Part shown: piece by piece, positions 1 to 12,796 of the stretch
Layout of the letters: the number at the start of each line of letters is the position of its first letter
Numbering within the stretch: position 1 is the first letter of the stretch
DNA from: Prorocentrum cordatum
Lineage: Eukaryota
NCBI GenBank assembly: GCA_963575745.1
Contig: CAUYUJ010000225.1
Span: 744,001-808,000 of the forward strand
DNA: 64,000 nt
Direction: 5' to 3'
Made by a program: the position numbers and the translations under genes
The notes under the pieces: model-generated
The model's database searches: none
The model's input: only the letters and a program-made list of their open reading frames with translations
What the model was told of the DNA's origin: nothing

Positions 1-1900
1 TGGCCAGGGAGCCTCCTTAGCAAACCACTCGGGGATCTCGGGGAACTCCGTCAAGGCGCCAGCCTCCAGGAGCTCGCGGTCCGACCCCCAGGCCAGGAAG
101 GAGAACGGCACCTCCGCGTCCTCCAGCACGTCCTGCGGCTTAGTGCACTTGCGAAACTCACCGCGGAAACGGCGACGTTCACTGACGCGCCCGATCTCGC
201 CAACGCTGGTCGACTTGCACCGGCGCGCGGCGACGCCGAACCCGCGGAGCGAAGCGTCCGCCGAGGTCACCTCGGGACTCCAGGGGATGTCCAAGCGAGC
301 TGCGGCCGTGGGGAGGAGCGCCCATGCAGGCCAGCATTCGTGCCCAACCGAGCCCCAAACCCAGGCGGGCCGCCCCCGAAACCGAATGCCAGACGCATAG
401 GGCGCCGAGGAGAAGACAGGGAGCAGCTCCTGGCGGAGCTGGAACAGAGCGGAAACGTGGCCAACCAGACGAACCATCTGACGTCCAGTCCGACGAACCC
501 GACCCTGGAGAACCGCCTTCAAAGCCAGCGCGATCCTCCAGGGCAGCCCCAAGATTTTGGGGCCAGCGCGATCCTCCTCCTCGCGCTGGCCCCAACATCT
601 TGGGTTCAGGGTTGAGGGTTTAGGGTCTACAAGCTCTGCCGCAGCTGATCCCCTCCTGCCTAGGAGCCCACCTGCGGTGGCTGCCAGTCCCACCCGCAAG
701 CCACCCTACCATAAAGATCATCTCTCCCCTCGTCGTAAGTACAACTAGTGGAAGCGCTTGGGAGCGCCTGGGAGCGCCCCCAAGCGCCTGGAACGCTTGG
801 GAGCGCTTGGGAGCGTTGAGACCGCCTGAAATGGAAGTCGCATTGTAAAATGCATAATTCTGTGACAGCGGCGCACTTGGTAAGGAAACTCTCGCACGTG
901 TATGAAGGCATGATCAGAAAATGAAAGTGCTTGCAAGAAATAGCAATGGTCTACGTCCGCGGAGGTGCATTCGTAGAGTAAATCGCAATGAATTCTGCGC
1001 ACATGATCAGGAAATGATTTGTTTTTGTCAGGGAAAGCAAAGGTTTACGTCCGCGGAGGTGCATTTGTAGTGTAGATCGCCATGGATTCTGCACGCATGA
1101 TCCGGAAATAATGTTTTTCTTTTTTGCAAGGGATAGCAAGGGTTTAGATGCCGGTGCGCATGTACCCGTATGTTCCCGTATGTAGCCGGTTTCGCAGGAT
1201 TCAGGGTTCAATAATTGTAGGATTAAGAATTCAGGCTGGCCTGGAGGATCGCGCTGGCTCTCCAGCGCCTTCAAAGCCAGCGCGATCCTCCTCCTCCGCC
1301 TCACGTCCAGAGGGGGCCCTAGAGGGCCCCGAGGCGCCCCAGCGGGCTCTCCGCGTCGGCGTCGCGACCGGCCTTTGTTCACTGCGTGTGGGGTAGAAGC
1401 GCTCGACCAATTCCTTGAGCGCTCGGCCGAAAGCTCACCGCAGAGCGCCTGCAAAGCAAGCTATCACATACACCACAAGTTTGAGATCGTCAGTTGTTGC
1501 ATCGTGAGGCGCACAGCTGCAAGCGTAGATTGCACTGACGGCGCCTTCCTGGGTCAGGGGGCCCAGGGGCCTGCGCTGAGCCAAAAAAGGGGTCACTGGG
1601 CACGGCGGGGGCCAGGAGGCTCTTCCTTGCAGACTGGGCGAAGTACACCGCCCACGACCAGCCCATAGGTTCAACGCGGAGCCTGAACCTGACCAACCCA
1701 GAGGGATGGGGCGGGCCCAGGGCGTGCTTTATCCGGATGGGAAGGTCGGACCAACGCACAGGAGGAAGCCCGAACTAACTCCTCAAGCTAGCAGAAACTG
1801 ATAGAAGCAACAGGTGACGTCGCCATGAGCACAGTGCAAGCCAGCCATGGGAATCTCGATGGAGCTGAGCGCCTGAGCAGCAACAAGAGAGGTGCACAAA

Positions 1901-1934
<34 letters not shown>

Positions 1935-2512
1935 AACGAGGTATTGGCGCCCCGTCTATCGAAGATGAGACGCAGGGCGCCGTCTTTCTTTCTCGCAAAA
2001 AAAAGTGACCAGCTTCGCGGCCTCTCCGACCTCCAGCGCTTGACGAGACGGGAGATCGCTTCACAAAGATGCCCGCGTGCCTTCTTGCCGTTCGCGAGTC
2101 GGGGATCAACGGCGAGCCTCCCAGCGAAACTATTGTCGGCAGACGTGGAGCTGGTCAGAAGTCTGGTGGATTCCCCTACCAACGGAGAGCGGTCCTCGGC
2201 GGGAGGCACGTCCTCCAGACGCGTCGCGCCGGTGGCGACGCGAGGCAAAGAGACTCTGCCTCGTTGGCAAAGAAGGGCGTGGCTCCCACTGGTCAGGTCC
2301 TCACCGTGAGCAGGGTCGGTTCCCGGGGTGCTCTTGACAGCACCCTGGACAGTGACACCACTCGGCTGTTCGGGGATCGCGGCATGGCTATCAGCCAGAC
2401 GGGACAAGGCGTGGGCCTGCAGAACTGTCGTCGGCTGTGCCGGCACGGTAGTGCCCAGACCTCCAAACGAGCGAAGCGCTCGAATCCCTTCCTGCAGCCA
2501 CCGCGCAGACAA
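1..2512 (-). mobile_element. Decayed DIRS-like (tyrosine-recombinase class) retroelement: RT and RNase H remnants
   Basis: Frameshifted pieces in order: LFFARKKDGALRLIFDRRGAN (about 1940-2010), GDVTCCFY (about 1800), PMGWSWAVYFAQ (about 1630-1670), RIALALKAVLQ..GRQMVRLVGH (1291/540-455), PWSPEVTSADASLRGFG..GRVSERRRF (about 285-165). No recombinase seen in the window. Confidence 0.7.
540..1265. other. Insertion splitting the DIRS-like RT, flanked by a 26-bp direct duplication
   Basis: CGCCTTCAAAGCCAGCGCGATCCTCC at 514-539 and 1266-1291. Removing the insert and one copy restores RRIALALKAVLQGR on the minus strand. Confidence 0.75.
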
Positions 2513-5094
2513 GCCCGTGGAGCACAGGTCTGGCCTCGCGTGGAATGAGAGGGTAGAAATATTGCTCGTCGCAGTTCTCAGAGTGTAACATCGTGTTCAT
2601 TGCCAAACAATTCTACGAGTATGATCCCCAACCCTATTTGATCTCGTGAGCAATGTACGAATACGATAGCGAGTTTCAGCGAGCAGCGTGGAATTTTGCA
2701 CTGCGCGCCCCGCGCGGGACGACGTTCACAGTAGAACAGCGTGCGTGGCCTTCAAACCTGATGAGCAGAATTTGCAAACGCGGTGAGTGGGCAAGCGGTG
2801 TCCACGCCTATCGCGCCAGAACAACGCCACGGCGAAGTGCATCCAACAAATCGATTGCCCCCTCCCCCCAGGCCAAAAGTTGACAGCGGTGAACGCGAGG
2901 CGACGCGCGAAAAACTAAATGTGGACACTTCAACTTTGAGCTTCGGGGGGAGGGGATTGGGACACACGTTGTGCAAGATGTTATCCACCATCATGTGATA
3001 GGTTCTTCGCGCCATTGGCGTGGGCACTTGCTGTCCGGCCACCGTCCCAAGTAGATGCTTTCAGTGGTCTCGCGGGTACACAGATGCATGCGCGCACGCG
3101 CACTTGAACGCGTGTTTGTGCGCGCGCATGCGTTCACGAATCCAATACACGCAATCACTCGCCTATGTACGCGCATGTGGAAGCAGAAGAAACCCGCAGG
3201 AATCACCGCGGGACGACCCAGGGGACAATCCAAAGGACAACCGCGGAGCAACCCAGGGGACAGCCGGCGGGGCACCCGCGGGACACTCTACGAGACGGCA
3301 ACGGGGCAACCCGCACGACCACTACAGCCCGACCCCGCGAGCGCGAGCGCGAGCTTCAGACCAGGCCCCAGCCCGAGCCCGGGCTCGAGCTGGAGACCGA
3401 GCCCGATCCCGTGCGCGCGCGCGTGCACCGCAGCCCTTGGCTCGAAGACACCTGGGGCAGCCCCCTCTCGAGGGCTCCGTGCTCCAGGAGCAGGGCGCCC
3501 CGGGCGCGCGCTGGGGAGCCCCGTGGGCCGGCGGGAGGGGAGGGGCCCGCGGCCGACCCACCGGCACCGCCGCCTCCGAGCGGCCGCCACCGACCCGCGG
3601 CCTCACTCTGCAGCTGGCTGGCCAACCTCCACGCCATCCCAGGCCTCCTCGCGCCGTGCAGAAATCACGACGGGAGGCTTTCGCTGTTTTCGGCCAGCCC
3701 GCTGCCCCCGCTGGGGAGGGGGGGGGGGCGGCAGCCTCGGCCCGGCGCCACGGGCCCCGCCGCGTGCCTGCCCGGCGTCGGGGCTCGGCGCTCTGGCTCC
3801 CGCTCCCCCCGCCCGACCTCCTGCCGTCCCTCGCTGCCCCCCCTCCCGCGCCCCTGCCCGCCCCCCCTGCTCGCGCCTCGTCCCTCGCCGCTCCCCGTCC
3901 TCCCTCGCCCCTCCCCGCTCCCCCTCTGCCGCGTCGGGGACCGGGGGCCGAGGCCCCGCCCCAGAACGTGCCTGCAGCCTCGAGGCTCTGACCGCCGGGG
4001 CCCAGCGGACCGCTGCTCGGGCTCGGGAGGGGGGCGGCTCTCGTCAGCCAGTGGGCCCGCGTGACCGCGCCCAAGAGCTTCTCCCTCCCCCTCCCCTCTC
4101 CCGCGCCACCAGCGGCTCGGGCCCAACTTTGGCCAGGACATCGTGCCGCGGCGGAGACTTCCCGAAGGTCGAGACCCGGAGCTCCCCGCGCCTCACCTCG
4201 CTGGCCACTCCCGTGTTGCCCCCGCTTCTCCCGCCCCTGCCCCCGCACAGCGTCGCAGAGCGCAGCGCTCGGGTGCAGCAGACCGCTGCTACAACTAGGG
4301 AACTGAGCAGCTGTCGTCACCTCGTGGACACGCGTCAATCGCATCTCGGACCCAACCTTTACAAGAAGGCCGTGCCCTAGCAAGAGGATCTGGAGCCCAT
4401 CGAGGTCGCTGGCACGGCCAGTCCCTTCTGTCCACCGCCACCTGCCTCTGCTGACCCCGACACCTCTCGCGGAGCCTCCCCCGCTTCGGCTCTCTCGGCG
4501 GTGTCCACCCCGACCCTCCCTTCCACCGCCCCGGTGCCGGGATCCGAACCGCACGCAGGCTCCCTCCCCGCGCTCTTTGCGCCTGACCTCCTCGCCGCCC
4601 GATGGGAGGAAGCCCCGCTGCTCGACCACGCCTCCGGCCGCGACCCCGCTGCTGGGGGCCCGCCCCCCGCTGGCGCCGCCCCCTCCCCCTGGGCCCCGCC
4701 CGCGCTGGGCGGCGCCCCCCCCGCCCCCCCCGCGCCCGCCACGGCGGCTCCCTGGGGGCGAGCCCTCCCCCCGCGGCTCCTCTGGCGTCGGCCCGGAGGA
4801 GGCCCGCGGTGGAGCCGCCGCGGGGCTGCCCTGCAGCCCCAGCGGGGCCCGTCTCGTCACGGCCGCGGCTGCGCCCCCTCACGCGCGACGTGCGCGGCAG
4901 AGCGCACAGGCCACCAACTCCTGCGCACGACATCCGTGCACGCCATCCCTCGAGACCACCCCTCGCTGGTGGCGGGCCGGGTGCAACCGCTTCTGCACCA
5001 CGGGTGCAACCACTGCTGGTGGCGAAGGCCCGCGTCTCCACGGCGGTCCTCGACCTCGAGCCGCGGGGCAGAGCACGCACACATGCCGTCCCCC

Positions 5095-5690
<596 letters not shown>

Positions 5691-5716
5691 GCGCAGACGC
5701 ACAGAACTCCACGATC

Positions 5717-5829
5717 CTGGCAGGGCGCCCCGCTCCAGGTGCCACTGCAGGGTGCCCACGCCGGGCTGCGCGCCGATCACCTTCCCGTACTCCCGCTGGC
5801 ACGCGGGGCACCGGCGCCTGGAGGCGAAC
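5717..5829 (-). CDS. Exon of a Deltex-like RING E3 ligase: RING C-terminus and start of the DTC domain
   Basis: (W)FASRRRCPACQREYGKVIGAQPGVGTLQWHLERGALP(G) matches the Deltex CPxC..YG...G.QP.G...LPG signature. AG acceptor, GA donor. Further DTC exons were not found and probably lie beyond position 1. Confidence 0.85.
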
Positions 5830-6179
5830 CTCGCGGGTCGTCGCCGCCGCCGCCCCCGAAAGTCGATCCCGGAATCGCGGTCCTCGAGGTCGGGTGCTGC
5901 CAGAAGTGCCCCTGGCGGGAGGTCCCCCCAGGGTGTCCAAGCAGGCACCCCTGGCCTCCAGGGAGCAGCCCTCGCGAGGCCTGGGGGCCCCGGGGGCTCC
6001 AAAGTGCAGCGAAACGCTGGGGGGGCCTCGGGCCAGGAACACCCCAGCAATCCCCGACGAGGGCCGAGGCTGCAGGGCCCAGGCTTCTTGACTTGCTCGG
6101 GCCTCTCTGTGCCTCCCGGGCCGCCCTCGTCGCCACGGCCGGGTCGGCCCCAGAAGCTCTGGCCAGAACGCGCGGTCGG

Positions 6180-6659
6180 TTGGTCGCCGTCGGCGTCGTC
6201 GTCGCCGCCGCCGCCTCCGTTGTCGCCGTCGGAGTCGTCGTCGTCGACGTCGCCATCGTCATCGTCGTCGTCGGCGTCGTCGTCGCCGTCGTCGCCGTCG
6301 TGGTCGCCGTCGTCGTCGCCGTCGTCTCCGTCGACGTCGCCGTCGTCGTTGTCGTCGAAGTCTCCGTCGTCGTCGTCGCCGCCGCCACCTCCGACGCCGC
6401 CGCTGCCGCCGTCGTCGTCGTCGGCGTCGTCGTCGTCTTCGTCGTCATCGTCATCGTTGTCGCCGCTGCCGCCGCCGTTGCCGTCGTCGCTGGCGTCGTC
6501 GTCGTGGGCGTCGTCGTCTCCGCCGTCGTCGTCGTCGTCGTCGCCGTCGCAATCGCCGTCGTTGTCGTGGTCGTCGTCATCGTCGTCAGCGCCGTCGTTG
6601 TCGTCGTCGCAGTCGTCGTCGTCTCCGTTGTCGTCGTCGTCGTATCCGCCGTCGTCGTC

Positions 6660-6691
<32 letters not shown>

Positions 6692-6699
6692 CGTCGCCG

Positions 6700-6743
<44 letters not shown>

Positions 6744-6868
6744 ACCGCGGCCGCCGTCGTCGTCGTCGTCGCCGTCGACGTCGTCGTCGACGTCGTCGGC
6801 GTCGTCTCCGTCGTCGTCGTCTCAGCCGTCGTCGTCGGCGTCGTCGTCGTCGTCGTCATCGTCTCCAC

Positions 6869-6900
<32 letters not shown>

Positions 6901-7061
6901 ACGTCATTGTCGTCGTCTTCGTGGTCGTCGTCATCGTCGTCGTCGTCTCAACGGTCGTCGTCGTCGTCGGCGGCGTCGTCGTCGACGTCTTCGTCGTCGT
7001 CTCCGCCGTCGTCAGCGTCGTCGTCGCCGCCGCCGCCGCCGACGCCGCCGCAGTCAACGTT

Positions 7062-7100
<39 letters not shown>

Positions 7101-8115
7101 CCCGTCATCGCCGTCGTCGTCGTCGTCGTCGTCGTCAGCGCCGTCGTTGTCGTCTCCTTCTTCGTCGTCAGCCTCGTCAGCATCGTCGTCGTCGACGCCG
7201 CCGCCGCCGCCGGCGTCGTCGGCGTCGTCGGCGTCGTCGTCGTCGGCGTCGTCGGCGTCGTCGGCGTCGGCGTCGTCGGCGTCGTCGTCGTCGGCGTCGT
7301 CGTCGTCGGCGGCGTCGTCGTCGTCGGCGTCGTCGTCGTCGGCGTCATCAGCGTCGTCGTCGTCGTCGGCATCGGCGTCGTTGGCGTAGTCGTCTTCGTC
7401 GTCGGCGTCATCGTCTTCGTCGTCGTCGGCTTCGTCGGCATCGGCGTCGTCGTCGTAGGCGTCGCCGTCGTTGGCGACGTCGGAGGCGTCGTCGTCGTCA
7501 GCGCCGTCGTTGTCGTCGTTGTCGTCGTCGTCGTCGCAGTCGTCGTGGTCTCCGCCGTCGTCGTCGTCGTCGTCGGCGGCGTCTCCTCCGTCGTCGTCGC
7601 CGCGGCCGTCGTCGTCGTCGTCGTCGTCAGGGCGGCGTCGTGGTCGTCGACATCGTCGCCGTCAACATCGTCATCGTCGTCGGCGTCGTCGTTGTCGTCG
7701 GCGTCATCGTCGTCTGCGTCGTCGTCGTCGGAGTCGGCAACGTCGTCGTCTTCGCGTATTGGTCGTCGGCGTCGGCGTCGGCGGCGTCGGCGTCGTCGGC
7801 GTCGTCGTCGGCGTCGTCGTCTTCGTCGTCTCCGCCGTCATCGTTATCGTCGTCGACTTAGTCGACGTCGTCGTCGTCCTCGTCGTCGCCAGCATCGTCG
7901 TCGTCGTCGTTGTCGGCGTCGTCGTCGGCGTCGGCGTCGTCGGCGTCGTCGTCTTTGTCGTCGTCGGCGTCGGCGTCGTCGTCGGCGTCGTCGTCGTCGT
8001 AGGCGTCGCCGTCGTCGGCGTCGTCGGCGACGTCGGCGACGCTATCGGAGCCGCCGCCGTCGTGGTCGTCGTCGTCGTCATCGTCCCCGTCGTCTCCGTC
8101 GTCGTCGTCGTTTCC

Positions 8116-8148
<33 letters not shown>

Positions 8149-9231
8149 TGCGTCGTCGTCCTAGTCGTCGTCTTTGTCGCCGTCGTCGTCTCCGCCGTCG
8201 TCGTCGTCATCGTCTTCGTCGGCGTCGGCGTCGCTGCCGCCGGCGCCGTCGTCGTCGTCGTCGTTGCTGTCGTCGTCATCGTCGTCGTCTTCGTCGTCGT
8301 CGCCTTCCCTGTCGTCGTCGTCGTCGTCGTCGGCGTCGTCGTCGTCTTCGTCGTCGTGAGCGCCGCCACAGTCGTCGTCCTCCGTGTCGTCGTCGTCGTT
8401 CGCGTCACCGTCGTCGGCGTCGTCGTCGTCACCGTCGCTGGCGTCGGCGTCGTCGTCGTCTTCGTCGTTGTCGGCGTCGTCGCCAGCGTCGTTACCATCG
8501 TCGTCGGCGTCATCGTAGGCGCAGTCGTCGTCGGCGTCGGCGTTGTCGCCCACGTGGTCGCCGTCGTCGTCGGCGTCGTCGTCGTCGCCAGCATCGACGC
8601 CTGGGTCGTCGGCGTCGTCATCGGCGTCCTCCGCGTCGTCGTCGGCGTCGTCGTCGTCGGCGTCGCCGTCGTCGTCGTCGTCGGCGTCGTCGTCTTCGGC
8701 GTCGGCGTCGTCGTCGGCGTCGTCGTCGTCGTCGGCTGAGCCGTCGTCGTCGGCGTCGTCGTAGTCTTCGTCGTCGTCGGCGTCGTCGTCGGAGTCGTAG
8801 TCGTCGGCGTCGGCGTCGTCGGCGTCGGCGTCGTCGGCGTTGCCGTCGTCGTCGGCGTCGGCGTCGTCGTCGTTGTCGGCGTCGTCGTCGACTTTGTCGT
8901 CGTCGGCGTCGTGTCGTCGTTGTCTTTGTCGTCGTCGTCGTCGGAGTCGGCGTTGTCGTCGTAGGCGTCGTCGTCGTCTTCGTCGTCGTCGGCGTCGTCG
9001 TCAGCGTTGACGTCGTCGTCGTCGGCGTCGTCGTAGTCGTCGTCGTTGGCGTCGTCGTCGGCGCCACTGCCGCCACCGCCGCTGTCGTCGTCGTCACCGT
9101 CACCATCCTCGTCGTCGTCTTTGTCCACGTCGTCGTCGTCTCCACCGCCGCCGTGGTCGTCGTCCTCGTCGTCTTCGTCGTCTCTGCCGTCGTGGTCACC
9201 GTCGTCGTCGTCGCCGCCGCCACCGACGCCG

Positions 9232-9279
<48 letters not shown>

Positions 9280-10502
9280 GCGTCGTCGTCGTCTCCGTAG
9301 TCGTCGTCGTCGTTGTCGTCGTCATCGTGTTCGTCGTCGTCAACATACTCGACGTCGTCGTGGGCGTCGCCGTCGTCTTCGTCGACATCGTGGTTCGTCG
9401 TTGGCGTCGTCGCCGGCGTCGTCGTCGTCGTCGGCGTCGGCGTCGTCGTTGTCGTCGGCATCGTCGTCGTCGGCGTCGTTGTCGTCGGCGTCGGCGTTGT
9501 CGTCGTCGTCGGCGTCGTCGTCGTCGTCTTCGTCGTCGTCGACGTCGACGTCGGCGTCGGAGTCGTCGGCGTCGTCGTCGTCGGCATCGTCTTCGTCGAA
9601 AACATCGTCATCGTCTTCGTCGTCGTCCGCGGCGTCGGCGTCAGTTCGTCGTCGGCGTCGGCGTCGTCGTCGGCGTCGTCGGCGTCGGCGTCGTCGTCTG
9701 CGTCGTCGTCGTCGGCGTTGTCGTCTTCGTCGTCGTCGGCGTCGTCGTCGTCGGCGTCCGCGTCGGCGTCGTCGGCGTCGTCGTCATCGTCGGCGTCTTC
9801 GTCGTCGTCGGCGTCGTAGTCGTCAGCGTCGGCGTCGTTGGCGCCGTCGTCTTCGTCGTCGTTGGCGTCGTCGTCGTCGGCGTCGTCGTCGTCGGCATCA
9901 TCGTCGTCGGCGTCTTCGTCGTCGTCGGCGTCGTCGTCGTCGGCGTCCGCGTCGGCGTCGTCGGCGTCGTCGTCATCGTCGGCGTCTTCGTCGTCGTCGG
10001 CGTCGTAGTCGTCAGCGTCGGCGTCGTTGTCGTCGGCATCGTCGTCGTCGTCGGCGTCGGCGACGACGTCGTCCGCGGCGTCGTCGTCATCGTTGTCGTC
10101 GTCGGCATCGTCTTCGTCGTCGTCGGCGTCTTCGTCGCCGTTGGCGCCGTTGCAGTCGGCGACGTCGTCGTCGGCGTCGTCGTCGGCGTTGTCGTCGTCT
10201 TCCGAGTCGGCGTCGGCGGCGTCACCATCGTCGTCGTCGTCGTCGTCGTCTTCGCGTATTGGTCGTCGGCGTCGGCGTCGTCGGCGTCGCCGTCGTCGTC
10301 TTCGCGTATTGGTCGTCGGCGTCGGCGTCGGCGGCGTCGGCGTCGTCGGCGTCGTCGTCGGCGTCGTCGTCGTTGTCGGCGTCGGCGTCGGTGTCGGTCG
10401 TCGGTTTGCGTCGTCGTCGGCGTAGTCGTCGTCGGCGTCGGCGTCGGTGTCGGTCGTCGGTCGGCGTCGTCGTCGTCGGCGTCGTCGGCGTCGTCGTCGG
10501 CG

Positions 10503-10534
<32 letters not shown>

Positions 10535-10812
10535 TTCGTCGTCGGCGTCGCCACCGTCGGCGTCAATCTACTCGGCGTCGGCGTCGTCGTCGTTGTCGGC
10601 GTCTTTGTCGTCGGCGTCGTCGTCGGCGTCGTCGTCTTCGTCGTCCTCGGCCTCTTTGTCGTCGGCGTCGAAAATCGTCGGCGACGCTCTCGTCGGCGTC
10701 GTCGTCGTAGTCGTCGGCGTCGTCGTCGCCGGCGTCGTCGTCGGCGTCGTCGTCGGCGACGGCGTCGTCGTCGCCTTCGTCGTCGTCGCCGGCGTCGGCG
10801 TCGTCGTCGGCG

Positions 10813-10848
<36 letters not shown>

Positions 10849-11750
10849 GCGTCGGCGTCGTCGCCTTCGTCGTCGTCGGCGGCGTCGTCTTTTTCGTCGT
10901 CGGCGTAGTTGTCGTCGGCGTCGGCGTCGACGGCACCGTCGTCTTCGTCGTTGTCGTAGTCGTCGGCGTCGGCGTCGTAGTCGTCGGCATCGTCGTCGTC
11001 GTGATCGGTGTAGTCGTCGTCGTCGTCGTCTTCGTCGTCGTCGTCGCTGGCGTCGCCGTCTTCGCCAGCGTCGGCGTCAGCGTCATCGTCGTCTTCGGCG
11101 GCGTAGTCATCGTCATCGGCGTCGGCGTAGTCGTCAGCGTCGTCGTCGGCGTCGGCGTCGTCGTCGTCGTCGGCGTAGTCGTCGTCGGCGTTGGCATCTT
11201 CGTCGTCGTCGGCGTCGTAGTCGTCAGCGTCGGCGTCGTTGTCGTCGTCATCGTCGTCGGCGTCGTCGTAGTCGTCATCGTCATCGTCGTTGGCATTGTC
11301 GTCGTCGGCGTCGTTCGTCGGCGGCGTCGGCGTCGGCGTCGGCGTCGTCGGCGTCGGCGTCGTCTTCGTGGTCGTTGGCGTCGTCGTCGTCGTCGGCGTC
11401 GGCGTCGTCGTCGTCGCCCTCGGCGTCGTCATCGTCGTCGTCTTCGTCGTCGTCGGCGCCGTCGGCGTTGGCGTCGTAGTCGTCGGCGTCGGCGTTGTCG
11501 GCGTCGTCGTCGTCGTCGGCGTCGGCGTCGGGGTCGTCGTCGGCGTCGGCGGCGTCGTCGTCTTCGGCGTCGGCATCGTCGACGTCGGCGTCGGCGTCGG
11601 CATCGTCGTCGACGTCGGCGTCAGCGTCGGCATCGTCGTCGTCGTCGTCGTCGTCGTCGGCGTCGTCGTCGTCGGCGTCGTCGTCGTCGGCGTCGGTGTC
11701 GGCCTCGGCGTCGGTCGTCGTCGTCGCCGCGGACGTCGTCGCCGTCGTCC
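6180..11750. repeat. About 5.6-kb degenerate (GTC)n array with GCC/GGC variants
   Basis: Directly visible; source of the spurious poly-V/S/R ORFs. Confidence 0.95.
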
Positions 11751-12639
11751 CTCGGGACAAACAAGCGCCCAAGATTCGCCTCCTCGGGCTCAGCCCCTGG
11801 GAGCCCGCTTCGGGCCCCCGGGAGCCGCTGAGAACCTGCTGCGGGGCGTCGGCGTCGTCGGCGTCGTCGTCGTCTTCGTCGTCGTCGTCGGCGTCGGCGT
11901 CTGCGTCGTCGTCGTCGGCGTCGTCGTCGTCGGCGTCGTCGTCGGCGTCGTCGTCGTCGGCGTCGTCGTCGTCGCCGTCGTCGTCGTCGGCTTCGGGCCC
12001 CCGGGAGCCGCTGAGAACCTGCTGCGGGGCAACAGTTGCTGGCCAAGCTGGGCCTTGAGAGGCCTCTCTCGGCGGCGCGCCCGGGGGGCCAGTGAGAGGG
12101 CGAAGGCATTCTCGGAAGGCGGCGGGGCTGCTCCGAACCCCCCGGGCCGTATCCTGAGAAGCTTTCGGTGTCTTCGGGGGAGGCCCCCTCGGACTTCCCC
12201 CCTGGGCTCGCCGCCGAGTCCAGAGACCGACGGTGACCAGGATTCGGGGCCATGGGTCGCCGTCCTCGTCGTCGTTTTCCCGTCGTCGCCAGTCGGTTGA
12301 GGATCGACCGAGAATGGGCACACCGATGCTCTTCCACAACTTCGGCCTCTGGGGGCCGTCATCGGGGCCCCAGGCCATCGGAAATGGATCCGGGACGTCG
12401 TCTCCAACGTCGCAGTCGTCGTCCACGTGGAGAGAAGGATCGAACCTCCAGAAGCGATTTGGACACCTGCAGAAGAACCTCCAAGGGGGTGTCTGGGGAG
12501 CTCCGGAAGCCGCTGGAGACCTCAGGGGATTTCGAAGACCTCTGCTGAATACGGAGGCCTCAAGGGACCTCAGGAGGCCTCGAGGCCTCCAGAGGGGTCA
12601 TCGTCATCGCCGCCACCGCCGACGCAATCGCCGCTGCCA

Positions 12640-12673
<34 letters not shown>

Positions 12674-12745
12674 AATCGTAGTCGTAATCGAAAAGCGCCG
12701 CCGCTGCCGCCGCCGCCGACGACGATGACGACACGCCGCCGACGA

Positions 12746-12796
<51 letters not shown>

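Noticed and set aside
3430..3520. ARGALLLEHGALERGLPQVSSS (minus strand) as a further Deltex exon
   Set aside because: Only vague resemblance, no conserved YLP or HxKT motifs and no supported splice path.
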